This document shows positions 8,559 through 18,206 of a stretch of 64,000 nt of DNA, in pieces. The first letter of the stretch is position 1, and every line of letters begins with the position of its first letter. Under the pieces are notes generated by a model. The model saw nothing but the letters and a program-made list of their open reading frames with translations, made no database searches and was not told the origin of the DNA. The DNA comes from Candidatus Uhrbacteria bacterium (GTDB taxonomy: Bacteria; Patescibacteriota; Patescibacteriia; UBA9934). The stretch spans positions 266,766-330,765 of the forward strand of contig CAWGHH010000002.1 of the NCBI GenBank assembly GCA_963822405.1, given 5' to 3'. The translations under genes and the position numbers were made by a program.

Positions 8559-9074
8559 ATGTTGGCCGGAATTCTTTCAGCCATAATCATGCTCGCCACC
8601 TTTCTGTTAGAAGAAACAGTGTTTGGTATTCTCCCCCTACCTTGGAGATTGATTCCGATAGCTCTCATCCTTGCGTTGTCGCTCATGCACCGCGTGTCTT
8701 TTGAAATGGGAGCAGTTTTTTTACTTGTTTCGACACTTGCTGGGGTATTTTCTGGACTTGCTCCAGTAGCCACCGTTGCTGTAGCTCTGGTTTGTATAGC
8801 CACTTCTTACGCCATGACTGCGCGAGTATTTGCCCGTCGATCACTGGTAGCTTTTGCTGGCTTGTCACTAGCCACTGGTTTAATCTATTTTCTCTTACGC
8901 TTTGGCGTAGTTTCTCCAGTGCCTGGATTTTTTCCGTGGATGTACTTATTTTCTGCTTTGCTAACGGCCTTACTTGCAATTATTTCTTCCTTGGCTCTCG
9001 AATGGATTCTGACCGGGTTTGGAAAAAGCTTTGTCACCAAAAATCAGACCTATGAAGTCCACTCGGAACGATAA
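8559..9074 (+). CDS. mreD: Rod shape-determining protein MreD (putative)
   Basis: 171 aa polytopic membrane protein in the mreBCD position, immediately upstream of PBP2. Confidence 0.6.
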   Translation: MLAGILSAIIMLATFLLEETVFGILPLPWRLIPIALILALSLMHRVSFEMGAVFLLVSTLAGVFSGLAPVATVAVALVCIATSYAMTARVFARRSLVAFAGLSLATGLIYFLLRFGVVSPVPGFFPWMYLFSALLTALLAIISSLALEWILTGFGKSFVTKNQTYEVHSER

Positions 9075-10968
9075 CGATCCAGGGATTTTTGGTCTGGGCG
9101 AAACGCCGGGCAACTGGGGCATTTCTGGTCCTGGAAATGTTGATGACGTCATGGCCGATCCGCAATCAGCGCTCTCTCGCTCAACTGTTGGTTCGCCAAT
9201 TGAGAGGCGTAGATTTCTTTGGGGTGTAGCGGCTTTTTGTCTGGTCTCAATATTATTCGTTGGTAAGAGCGCGTACCTCCAAATTTTGAACGGCGCTCAT
9301 TATCGCGCCCTAGCTGAGGCGAACAGGATTCGCACCTACACCATTCCTTCACATCGTGGGATTCTGACGGATCGTAACGACATCCCGTTGGCGGAAAATC
9401 TTCCGTCTTTTAGATTGGTTGGTTTTGCCTCTGCTTTGCCAAAAGATTCAATTGGTTGGAATTGGCCTTTCATCACTACTCGAAATGATATTTTTGTCGA
9501 AGCAGCTGAAACCTTCGGTCTTAAAGTTGAAGATATAGCAAAAGCCGCAAAAGATGCCGGTAATGTAGAAGAAATTTTGCTAGCCAAAGATTTGCCGTAT
9601 GAAAAAGTTTTAGCTTTCATGGGGTCAGGAAAAACGATTGCCGGTTTGTCCGTTGAGCTTGCTGAAGAACGAGGTTATCCAACGGACGCCATCCCTTCGC
9701 TTTCTCACGTTATTGGATACACTTCGGGAGTGAGTGAGAAAGAATACGCCGTGTTAAAAGATGAAGGTTATCGGTCTTTTGATACCGTAGGCAAGCAAGG
9801 AGTTGAGTCTTCCCATGAAGCAGATCTTCGAGGGACTTTTGGTGAAGACGTATTTGAGGTAAACGCTCAAGGCGCTCCTCTTAGAATTCTTTCGCATACA
9901 GATCCAGTTGACGGTAAAAATTTAAAACTAACTATTGACGCTCGGTTGCAGGCCTACACAGAACTTGTGCTGGCCGAGAAACTTAAAACTAGATCTGTAA
10001 AACGAGCCGCAGTAGTAGCTATTAATCCACAAAATGGGGAAGTGCTCGCTCTTGTTTCTTATCCATCTTTTGATGCAAACGATTTTTCAAAGGGAATTTC
10101 GCAGGACGAGTATGACAAGCTTGTCAATGATCCGAATGCCCCATTATTCCCCAGGGCAACCGCCGGCACGTATCCATCGGGCTCGACTATCAAACCATTT
10201 TTCGCTACGGCTGCCCTCACCGAAGGAATCATCACTCCGCAGACAACATTTTTGTCGACTGGTGGCCTGCAGCTTGGTGATCGCTTCTTCCCTGATTGGC
10301 GACCAGGCGGTCACGGTATTACGAATGTCTATCACGCAATTGCTGATTCAGTGAACACCTTCTTTTACATGATCGGTGGAGGCAACGAATCATTCAAGGG
10401 TCTTGGTATTGAAAAGCTGATGGACTGGGCTAGAAGGTTCGGGCTTGGTCGAAAAACAGGAATCGATCTACCCGGTGAAGCTGACGGTTTCTTGCCGAGT
10501 AAAGAATGGAAGCAGGAGGCGAAGGGCGAGCCATGGTATATCGGCGACACTTACAACGCTTCTATCGGCCAAGGCGATATTCTAGTTACTCCATTACAAA
10601 TGGCTCGAGCCACGGCTGTTGTTGCTAACGGCGGACTCTTGGTGAATCCTCATCTCGTTATTGGGGGCGATACTTCTTCAGTCAGAGTAGCTGACGAGAA
10701 AATCGAAACAGTTGTTCGGGATGCCATGCGCACCACGGTGACAAACGGTACGGCTAGCTCGCTCCAATCATTACCAGTGCCAGCAGCCGGTAAAACGGGT
10801 ACCGCCCAATGGAACTCAGCCAAGGTTCCGCACTCCTGGTTTACCGGTTTTGCCCCCTTTGATAACCCAACTATCGTTATTGCCGTAATCATTGAAGAAG
10901 GCGGGGATGCTACCCTGGCCACGCCGGTCGCCAGGGAAATACTTCAGTGGTACTTGACGCCTCGCTAA
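9019..10968 (+). CDS. mrdA: Penicillin-binding protein 2 (transpeptidase)
   Basis: TM anchor, dimerisation domain, transpeptidase motifs GSTIKPF (SxxK), SVN and GKTGTA. Start is uncertain; an alternative Met is at 9052. Confidence 0.9.
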   Translation: MEKALSPKIRPMKSTRNDNDPGIFGLGETPGNWGISGPGNVDDVMADPQSALSRSTVGSPIERRRFLWGVAAFCLVSILFVGKSAYLQILNGAHYRALAEANRIRTYTIPSHRGILTDRNDIPLAENLPSFRLVGFASALPKDSIGWNWPFITTRNDIFVEAAETFGLKVEDIAKAAKDAGNVEEILLAKDLPYEKVLAFMGSGKTIAGLSVELAEERGYPTDAIPSLSHVIGYTSGVSEKEYAVLKDEGYRSFDTVGKQGVESSHEADLRGTFGEDVFEVNAQGAPLRILSHTDPVDGKNLKLTIDARLQAYTELVLAEKLKTRSVKRAAVVAINPQNGEVLALVSYPSFDANDFSKGISQDEYDKLVNDPNAPLFPRATAGTYPSGSTIKPFFATAALTEGIITPQTTFLSTGGLQLGDRFFPDWRPGGHGITNVYHAIADSVNTFFYMIGGGNESFKGLGIEKLMDWARRFGLGRKTGIDLPGEADGFLPSKEWKQEAKGEPWYIGDTYNASIGQGDILVTPLQMARATAVVANGGLLVNPHLVIGGDTSSVRVADEKIETVVRDAMRTTVTNGTASSLQSLPVPAAGKTGTAQWNSAKVPHSWFTGFAPFDNPTIVIAVIIEEGGDATLATPVAREILQWYLTPR

Positions 10969-11045
10969 CCTGGGGCATAATGGTTCCATAACGCGAAACC
11001 ACTTGAGCCGACTCTGTTGGCGGTGGGCGCGTCTTTTCTTCATTT

Positions 11046-11507
11046 ATGGAAAACCACGCTACGTACATTTCTGCAACCGGGCTGGCTGATATCACTAAGG
11101 AACTGGCCCAGCGAATCAAAGTAACCAGACCAGAAATTGCCCAGCGTATTAGTGAGGCTAAAGAAATGGGCGATCTATCAGAAAACTTTGCGTATCATGA
11201 AGCCCGTGAACAGCAAGGTTTGAATGAAAGCCGAATTATTGAAATCACTGACATCCTGTCTACGGCTGTTGTAGTCGAAGAAAAGAAAGGCGGCAGTATT
11301 GGTCTTGGTTCATCCTTCAAGGTAAAGATCGATGGCAAAGAAAAGACATATGAGGTTGTTGGCGAAAATGAGGCCAACCCAATGGAGGGAAAAATCAGCA
11401 ATGTTTCACCGCTTGGTAGTGCTTTTCTTGGTAAGGGCGTAGGCGAGATCGTAGAAGCCAAAGTTCCTTCCGGCACCATGACGTACGAAATTATTTCTAT
11501 TGAATAA
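11046..11507 (+). CDS. greA: Transcription elongation factor GreA
   Basis: 153 aa. GDLSENFAYHEAREQQ coiled-coil finger and C-terminal FKBP-like domain. Confidence 0.9.
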   Translation: MENHATYISATGLADITKELAQRIKVTRPEIAQRISEAKEMGDLSENFAYHEAREQQGLNESRIIEITDILSTAVVVEEKKGGSIGLGSSFKVKIDGKEKTYEVVGENEANPMEGKISNVSPLGSAFLGKGVGEIVEAKVPSGTMTYEIISIE

Positions 11508-11511
11508 GTGT

Positions 11512-13002
11512 ATGACCCGCGAAGAACAAGACCGGCTTACTCGGTTACAGTCTCTTGCGACGAATAACGTGAACGCCTATCCGGATAACGCCGGACGAAC
11601 ACACTTAGTGGCTGACGCTCTAGCATCTTTCGAGTCACTCGAAAAATCCGAAGAGACCATTGTGGTCTGTGGTCGAGCCATGGCCATTCGGGATATCGGC
11701 GCGCTGTCATTTCTCAAATTACAGGACGACTCTGGCGTGATGCAGGTGGTTCTTCGTAAGGCTGACCTTGAGGCTGACTACAGTTTCTTTTTGTCACATG
11801 CTGACGTTGGTGACATTCTTGAAGCTAAGGGTCGGGCGTATGTGACGAAGACGGGCGAAAAGTCCGTCTTGGTAACTTCGATCAGAATTTTGTCCAAAGC
11901 TCTAAAACCGTTGCCAGAAAAGTGGCACGGTTTGTCTGACGTTGAAACCCGCTACCGCGAACGCGAGCTTGATCTAATCGTAAACCCGGCGGTTCGGGAA
12001 CGTTTCCGTATCCGCTCAAAGATCGTCTCTGGAATGCGCGCTTTCTTAGATACTAGAGGATTCCTGGAGGTTGAAACACCAATGTTGCAACCTATTCCTG
12101 GTGGCGCAAATGCTCGTCCGTTCGTTACGCATCACAACGCGCTCGGGGCAGATTTATTTCTACGCATCGCTCCTGAGCTCTACTTGAAGCGTTTGGTGGT
12201 TGGTGGCTTCGAAAAGATTTACGAAATCGGTCGTTGTTTCCGTAATGAAGGAATTGATTACTCGCACAATCCAGAATTCACCATGCTTGAGCTCTATTGG
12301 GCTTATGTCAATAAGGACGCATTCATTTCGTTCATGGAAGAATTGCTGGTGACAGTGATTGCCGAAAGTCTCGGCACATTAAAAGTCACGACGAGTGAAG
12401 AAGGAAGATCGATTGATTTCACTGGTCCGTGGCCACGTAAAACTTTTCGCGAAGCAATCTTGGAAGCTTGCGGAATTGATATTGACGAACTAGCTACGGT
12501 TGCCGATGTAAAGGCTGCAGTCAAAGCGAAGAAAGTTAAAGTAGATTTCGCAAAGTGCGTTGGCCTCGGTGAACACTTGGACGAGCTCTGGAAGAAAACT
12601 GCTCGACCAAAGATTACGAATCCAGTTTGGATTTTTGACTACCCGGTCGATCTCAAGCCACTCGCAAAAACTCATCCAGTCGACAAAACAAAAAGCTCAA
12701 CTGTTCAATTAGTAATTGAAGGCGCCGAAGTTATTAACGCGTATTATCACGAGCTTAATGATCCGATTGACCAACGTGCTCGGTTCGTCGCTCAGGAAAC
12801 TTTGCGTGAGCAGGGAAGTGAGGAGGCTCAACACTTGGACGAGGCATTCCTGTCGGCCCTTGAACACGCCATGCCACCAACGAGTGGTTTTGGCATCGGT
12901 ATTGATCGATTCATCGCTTTCTTGACCGGTGTGCCAAACTTAAAAGAAGTTATTCTGTTCCCAACTCTTAAACCGGACACCGGACAACGGAAACCGGAAT
13001 AA
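11512..13002 (+). CDS. lysS: Lysine--tRNA ligase (class II)
   Basis: OB-fold N-terminus. Class II motifs FLEVETPML, FRNEGIDYSHNPEFTMLELYWAY, GFGIGIDR. The track ORF begins at TTG 11500; ATG 11512 is preferred. Confidence 0.95.
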   Translation: MTREEQDRLTRLQSLATNNVNAYPDNAGRTHLVADALASFESLEKSEETIVVCGRAMAIRDIGALSFLKLQDDSGVMQVVLRKADLEADYSFFLSHADVGDILEAKGRAYVTKTGEKSVLVTSIRILSKALKPLPEKWHGLSDVETRYRERELDLIVNPAVRERFRIRSKIVSGMRAFLDTRGFLEVETPMLQPIPGGANARPFVTHHNALGADLFLRIAPELYLKRLVVGGFEKIYEIGRCFRNEGIDYSHNPEFTMLELYWAYVNKDAFISFMEELLVTVIAESLGTLKVTTSEEGRSIDFTGPWPRKTFREAILEACGIDIDELATVADVKAAVKAKKVKVDFAKCVGLGEHLDELWKKTARPKITNPVWIFDYPVDLKPLAKTHPVDKTKSSTVQLVIEGAEVINAYYHELNDPIDQRARFVAQETLREQGSEEAQHLDEAFLSALEHAMPPTSGFGIGIDRFIAFLTGVPNLKEVILFPTLKPDTGQRKPE

Positions 13003-13004
13003 AT

Positions 13005-13406
13005 ATGAAGACCGTCCTAATATTTGGTTCGTTTGACGGGATTCATCCCGGTCATGAGTTCATGATGAAACAGGCTAGACGGCACGGCGAACGGGTCGTC
13101 GCGGCTCTGGCGCCGGACAATGTTATCGAGCGCCTGAAGGGACGCATGCCAAAGTATTTATTCGAGGAACGCCGGGACTCGTTAGCCGTTAGTGGACTAG
13201 TCGACGAAATTACTACCAGTGATAAAGACGAGGGTTCGTACCGAGTAGTTGGCCGAGTTCAGCCAGATGTTGTCGCGTTCGGCTATGATCAAGACGCCCT
13301 CAAAGAAAGTTTTTTGAAGTTTCTTGAAAGAACAGGCAAACAGATAAAAGTTGTCACTCTTCCATCTTTTGAACCAGAGAAATACAAGTCATCAAAACTA
13401 GTATGA
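13005..13406 (+). CDS. Cytidylyltransferase-like (HxGH nucleotidyltransferase) protein, TagD/RibL-like
   Basis: 133 aa. VLIFGSFDGIHPGHEFMMKQAR has the H-x-G-H motif of the nucleotidyltransferase superfamily. Length and pattern resemble glycerol-3-phosphate cytidylyltransferase. Confidence 0.55.
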   Translation: MKTVLIFGSFDGIHPGHEFMMKQARRHGERVVAALAPDNVIERLKGRMPKYLFEERRDSLAVSGLVDEITTSDKDEGSYRVVGRVQPDVVAFGYDQDALKESFLKFLERTGKQIKVVTLPSFEPEKYKSSKLV

Positions 13407-14668
13407 TCGACATGAAATTGTTCCGTGAGAATCCAAACTCTTTCCGTGATGCCTCACGCGCTAAGAATATTGAAATCGATGTTGATCGAATTCTTGAACT
13501 CGATCGTCGCGTTCGCCTCTTGAAGACTGAACTTGAAGGTATCAGCGCTCAGAAGAACAATGTTTCAAAGCTCATTCCAAAGGCTTCGGCTGACGAGCGT
13601 AAACAGTTGATCGAAGAAATGCGCGGAGTCGACGGTCGAGCCGACAAGCTCGCCTCAGAACTCGCCCCAATCGAAACTGAACTCGAGGATTTGCTTTATC
13701 ACATCCCGAACCCTTCTCTCTCTGACGTTAAAATTGGTAAGAGCGAAGATGAAAATGAAGTCTTGCGCGAGGTCGGCGAAAAGCCGGTTTTCGATTTTCC
13801 GATTAAGGATCATCTTGAACTCGGCGAGGCGTTGGGCATTATCAACGTTGAGCAAGCTGCAAAGGTTAGTGCGTCTAGATTCAACTATTTTATCGGCGAC
13901 GGAGCCATGCTTGCGTATGCAATTCAGCAGTACGCTATGGGCGCCGCAATGAAGAAAGGCTTTGTGCCAGTTGTTGTTCCACACCTGGTGAACGCGCACA
14001 CCATGCGTGCAATGGGCTACCTCGAACATGGGGGACACGATGAGATTTACTACTTTCCGAAAGATAACTTGTATTTGATCGGCACAGCCGAACAGCCACT
14101 TGGCGGTTTGCACATGGATCAAATGCTGAGCGAAAAAGAATTACCACTTCGCTACGTTGGTCTCTCAACTGCGTTCCGTCGCGAAGCCGGTAGTTACGGT
14201 AAGGACACAAAGGGTATCATCCGCATGCACGAATTCCAGAAGGTCGAAATGTTCAGCTGGACCACTCCCGAAAACTCAGACGCAGAACACGAACTATTGT
14301 TGTCGATCGAGGAAGATCTAGTAAAGGGCCTTGGCGTGCCATACCGTGTTATCAAGCAATGTACCGGTGACCTTGGTCTCCCAGCTGCTCGAAAGTATGA
14401 CATCGAATCCTGGATGCCGACCCAGAATACGTATCGCGAGACGCATTCGACTAGCACCTGCACAGACTTCCAATCCCGTCGCTTGAACACCCGCTACAAG
14501 AATGGGGAAGGGGAGACAAAACTAGTCCATACGCTTAACGGCACCGCGTTCGCTATTGGCCGGATCATGGCCGTCATTCTAGAAAACTTCCAGAATGCAG
14601 ACGGATCAGTAACTATTCCTGAAGCCTTGAGACCATTTATGGGAGGGAAGTCGGTTCTAAAGAAATAG
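13403..14668 (+). CDS. serS: Serine--tRNA ligase
   Basis: 421 aa. N-terminal coiled-coil arm and class II core (FRREAGSYGKDTKGIIRMHEFQKVEMF, GTAFAIGR). Confidence 0.95.
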   Translation: MIDMKLFRENPNSFRDASRAKNIEIDVDRILELDRRVRLLKTELEGISAQKNNVSKLIPKASADERKQLIEEMRGVDGRADKLASELAPIETELEDLLYHIPNPSLSDVKIGKSEDENEVLREVGEKPVFDFPIKDHLELGEALGIINVEQAAKVSASRFNYFIGDGAMLAYAIQQYAMGAAMKKGFVPVVVPHLVNAHTMRAMGYLEHGGHDEIYYFPKDNLYLIGTAEQPLGGLHMDQMLSEKELPLRYVGLSTAFRREAGSYGKDTKGIIRMHEFQKVEMFSWTTPENSDAEHELLLSIEEDLVKGLGVPYRVIKQCTGDLGLPAARKYDIESWMPTQNTYRETHSTSTCTDFQSRRLNTRYKNGEGETKLVHTLNGTAFAIGRIMAVILENFQNADGSVTIPEALRPFMGGKSVLKK

Positions 14669-14675
14669 TATTGTC

Positions 14676-14783
14676 AGTCATTGCGAGGGATCTCCGTAGC
14701 TTTGAGCAAAGGAGATGCCCGAAGCAACCTCACGAGATTGCTTCGACCCAGCTGGATACAGCTGGTCTCGCAAAGACGGAAAA
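14676..14783 (+). repeat. Structured interspersed repeat, copy B
   Basis: gtcattgcgagggatctccgtagctttgagcaaaggagatgcccgaagcaacctcacgagattgcttcgacccagctggatacagctggtctcgcaaagac. Fills the serS-alr intergenic region and ends 4 nt before the alr ATG. Confidence 0.6.
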
Positions 14784-14787
14784 AATT

Positions 14788-15933
14788 ATGCATCACCGAA
14801 CTTGGGTTGAAATCAGTGGCCCGGCGCTTCAGCATAATGTTTCGGAGCTGAAACGAACGCTGAATCCCGGCGTTCGTTTTTGTGCGATCGTAAAAGCGAA
14901 CGCGTATGGGCATGGTTTGGCCGAGGTCATATCGATTCTCAAGAACGAAGAGGTCGAACTTTTCGGCGTCGATTCCGTTGACGAAGCACTAACCGTGCGT
15001 GCACTCTGCCCAGAAGCAACAATTTTTGTCATGGGCGCAACTATTCCCGAGCGGCTCGCCGACATTGTCAGAGGTCGAATGATCCAAATGGTTTCCGGTG
15101 TCGCCGAGCTCAAAGCAATCCGCGAGGTTGCGCGCGAGTTACATTTGCCAGCAATGATCACGCTTGAGATCGAAACCGGACTACATCGGCTGGGCACGGA
15201 AGGCAGGGAACTGGCCGCTATACTCGACGAACTGAAATTTTCGTGCGGACTCGTCTACGTCGTCAGCGTCGCCTCGCATCTCTCGAGCGCCGAGGATCAA
15301 TCGTTGGCTCGCATCACCACCGGTCAGTACGACAAGTTTTGGAAGGCCGTCAGCGACATAACCGCAAAAGGCCATCAGCCAGAGCATCTACACATTGCTT
15401 GCTCGGCCGCGGGCATCATGCATGAGCTCGACCATGGGACACATGTAAGATTCGGGATCAATATGTACGGCCTATGGCCTTCAAGCGACGTCAAACGAGC
15501 AGGAACACTCGGCAAACGCCATGCTGATGTTAAGCCGGTGCTTTCGTGGAAGACATCAATTGCTCAAGTCAAAGAAGTCCATCCCGGCGACGCCATTGGT
15601 TACGGTCCAACAGTTATTGTAAATCGGCTAACTCGCGTAGCCGTCCTGCCGGTCGGGTACTACGACGGTTTTGACCGAGGATTTTCGAATATTAGCGCTG
15701 TTGTTATTCACGGGGTTCGTTGTCCCGTACTTGGTCGCGTGTGCATGAACATGACCATGGTGGACGTGTCGGCAGTTCCTGGAGTTCTTTCCTCGCAAAC
15801 TCCCGTGACTCTCCTTGGTCGCGACGGCGTACAGACAATTACCGCTGACGAACTGGCCGAGAAAATTGGAACGATCAACTACGAGGTCGTCACGCGCATT
15901 AATCCACTTCTCCCACGGGTTATAGTAAGTTAA
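14788..15933 (+). CDS. alr: Alanine racemase
   Basis: MHHRTWVEISGPALQHN start. PLP-lysine motif AIVKANAYGHG. C-terminal beta domain. The track ORF begins at 14671, but its first 39 codons only translate the repeat. Confidence 0.9.
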   Translation: MHHRTWVEISGPALQHNVSELKRTLNPGVRFCAIVKANAYGHGLAEVISILKNEEVELFGVDSVDEALTVRALCPEATIFVMGATIPERLADIVRGRMIQMVSGVAELKAIREVARELHLPAMITLEIETGLHRLGTEGRELAAILDELKFSCGLVYVVSVASHLSSAEDQSLARITTGQYDKFWKAVSDITAKGHQPEHLHIACSAAGIMHELDHGTHVRFGINMYGLWPSSDVKRAGTLGKRHADVKPVLSWKTSIAQVKEVHPGDAIGYGPTVIVNRLTRVAVLPVGYYDGFDRGFSNISAVVIHGVRCPVLGRVCMNMTMVDVSAVPGVLSSQTPVTLLGRDGVQTITADELAEKIGTINYEVVTRINPLLPRVIVS

Positions 15934-15942
15934 AATTATTTC

Positions 15943-16812
15943 ATGCGTGATTTTTTTAGAGCCTCAATTGCGAAGGGGAGGGAAGAGCAGGGGAGAGCCA
16001 ATCCCCTATTCCCAACTCCTAAAATCCCGCGCTGGAAACGGTTACTTTTCGGCTCGGCAATAATTATTGTTCCTTTTGGTGGCGGATATTTTGGGGTTCG
16101 TGCTTTGTCACAGCCACAGTTCATCCTCTCGAACATTGAAATCTCGGGTAACGCCTGTCTTGATCAAAGCGTGGTCAAAAAAGAAATTGATTCTGCCCTT
16201 GCAGAGCGTGCAGGCCTATTTTTTACTCGAGCTAATACCCTACTCTTTAATTCTAAAGTTTTTGCCGATCGATTAATGAGCGCCCTCCCTATCGATCACA
16301 TTGAAACAACAGTCAGTGGCAATACACTTCATGTAGCTATTCAAGAAGAAGTTGTCATGGTTCTAATTCATTCGTCTGATAGTTGGCTTCTATCTGACCT
16401 CGACGGTCACATTCTGCGATCACTTTCGACCGATGAAATTGCCCTAATCGACTCGCCGACCGATGGCGTGTCACTACCCTTCGATAAAATTCCAAAAATT
16501 TTACTAAGCGAATCGCTACCTGCTGATTTCAAAGAGGTTGTTTATCCGGCAAATAGACTGAACGCTTTGGGCGAACTTGATAAAAGCTTGCGATTGCTTG
16601 GTCTGACGCCAGATCGATACATGCTCGAAAAACGTAAGGATACTTGGCTGACGGTCACTACAAAAGAAAAGCCATATCTCCTGTACTTTGACTTAGAAAA
16701 CCCTTTATCTTCGCAAATAAAGATCCTTTCATCTATTCTTAGTCAAAAAGAGGAAGTGCCCGGAGTATCATATATTGATCTGCGGTTTGGCAATCGCGTT
16801 TACATGAAGTAA
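15943..16812 (+). CDS. FtsQ/DivIB-like cell-division protein (POTRA domain), putative
   Basis: 289 aa. N-terminal TM (LLFGSAIIIVPFGGGYFGV), then POTRA-like ILSNIEISGNACLDQSVVKKEI. Architecture typical of FtsQ. Confidence 0.5.
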   Translation: MRDFFRASIAKGREEQGRANPLFPTPKIPRWKRLLFGSAIIIVPFGGGYFGVRALSQPQFILSNIEISGNACLDQSVVKKEIDSALAERAGLFFTRANTLLFNSKVFADRLMSALPIDHIETTVSGNTLHVAIQEEVVMVLIHSSDSWLLSDLDGHILRSLSTDEIALIDSPTDGVSLPFDKIPKILLSESLPADFKEVVYPANRLNALGELDKSLRLLGLTPDRYMLEKRKDTWLTVTTKEKPYLLYFDLENPLSSQIKILSSILSQKEEVPGVSYIDLRFGNRVYMK

Positions 16813-16823
16813 AGTAAAAAAGT

Positions 16824-17192
16824 ATGAACGAGTTTGTTCTTCTACCGGCCGGTTATTCTGAAGATCGTCCGTGGGGACAGTTTATTGTGTTAGAAGATAC
16901 GCCCAGCCATAAAGTGAAGCGGCTCATCCTTCATCCTGGCAAGCGCATCTCATATCAACGACACACGCAACGAACCGAACATTGGGTGGTCATTGCCGGC
17001 ATTGCGGATATCACGATAGACGACGTAACAAGCCGGCAAATTCCCGGCGACACAATTCTCATCGTCCAAGGCTCCAAGCACCGACTCGCAAATCCCGGCG
17101 ACGAGCCACTCATGGTGATCGAGGTACAGCGCGGTACGTATTTTGGCGAAGACGACATAGAAAGATTTGATGACGATTTTGGCAGAAAATAA
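16824..17192 (+). CDS. Cupin-domain protein (mannose-6-phosphate isomerase type II C-terminal-like)
   Basis: 122 aa. Cupin motifs ISYQRHTQRTEHWVVIAG and GSKHRLANPGDEPLMVIEV. Confidence 0.6.
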   Translation: MNEFVLLPAGYSEDRPWGQFIVLEDTPSHKVKRLILHPGKRISYQRHTQRTEHWVVIAGIADITIDDVTSRQIPGDTILIVQGSKHRLANPGDEPLMVIEVQRGTYFGEDDIERFDDDFGRK

Positions 17193-17228
17193 CGACCGAT
17201 TTAAATGCGCTAGGTTAAACCATAGGTA
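17193..17228 (+). repeat. 36-bp direct repeat, copy 1 (immediately upstream of bcp ATG)
   Basis: cgaccgatttaaatgcgctaggttaaaccataggta, versus copy 2 at 18161-18196 cgaccgatttaaatgcgctgtgttaaaccatgggta (33/36 identical). Confidence 0.7.
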
Positions 17229-17231
17229 CAT

Positions 17232-17705
17232 ATGCACCCCTTAGAACAAAACTCTGCACCAGCCTTTTCTCTGATCGACCAGGACGGCAAGACACACACC
17301 TTCGACATGTATAAAAATAAATGGATCGTCCTATATTTTTATCCAAAGGACATGACGCCTGGCTGTACGGTAGAAGCCTGTTCCTTCCGCGACACTTATG
17401 GAGACCTCACGGCACGTGGCGCAATAGTCCTAGGCGTATCCGGAGACGATCAATCCAGCCACGGAAAGTTTGCCTCAAAGCACAAGCTAAAATTTCCGTT
17501 ACTCGTTGACACTGATAATCTAGTTGCTAAAGCCTACGGTGCATATGGACAGAAGAAATTCATGGGCCGTAATTTTGAAGGTACTTACCGTAATACCTAT
17601 CTTATCGATCAGAAGGGAACGATTAAGAAAGTTTACCAAGGCGTAAAACCTGCTGAACATGTTCATGAAGTATTAGAAGACCTCAAGATGTTCCAAAGTG
17701 AATAA
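17232..17705 (+). CDS. bcp: Thiol peroxidase Bcp (peroxiredoxin, AhpC/TSA family)
   Basis: 157 aa. Peroxidatic Cys motif KDMTPGCTVEAC. Confidence 0.85.
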   Translation: MHPLEQNSAPAFSLIDQDGKTHTFDMYKNKWIVLYFYPKDMTPGCTVEACSFRDTYGDLTARGAIVLGVSGDDQSSHGKFASKHKLKFPLLVDTDNLVAKAYGAYGQKKFMGRNFEGTYRNTYLIDQKGTIKKVYQGVKPAEHVHEVLEDLKMFQSE

Positions 17706-17725
17706 ACTGGTAGGGGAGTGAAAAA

Positions 17726-17759
17726 CAAAAAACAGCGCCTTAACCGGTCGCTGTTTTTG
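17726..17759 (+). terminator. Rho-independent terminator after bcp
   Basis: acagcg-ccttaaccggt-cgctgt hairpin, then TTTTT. Confidence 0.6.
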
Positions 17760-18160
17760 GTATGAATACTGATCCGTAAACAATTCTCCGATCAAATGTA
17801 AAAACACGAAAAACATAGATAGCTCCAAACTGTCAGCGAACGCTCGTACGACAAAACTTCATATACATAGAGAGTGGGGGATTTGAGTTTGAACGGTAAC
17901 TCGGATCGCCACGGCTATATTGACCATGATTGACTATGTTGCGTGGCGTCGCACAATATATCTTCTACGACGCATGTGTGTTAAAACTATTGAATACACT
18001 CACTAGTCGTATCACAACATCCTTACCAACATATCAACCAAGCAACATTCCCTGTACACAGTAACTGCTCGACAAACGAATTACTTTACTCGTTATCTAT
18101 ACAGATCCGGGTCTTTTCGCGAAGCAATCATCAGTCGATATACATAACGACCAAAATACC

Positions 18161-18196
18161 CGACCGATTTAAATGCGCTGTGTTAAACCATGGGTA
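18161..18196 (+). repeat. 36-bp direct repeat, copy 2 (just downstream of the M23 peptidase stop)
   Basis: See copy 1. The copies bracket bcp plus a 450-bp ORF-free AT-rich segment. Confidence 0.7.
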
Positions 18197-18206
18197 TGAT
18201 ACACCT

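Noticed and set aside
14671-14787. N-terminal 39 codons of the alr track ORF
   Set aside because: They are repeat-derived. The conserved alanine racemase N-terminus starts at 14788.
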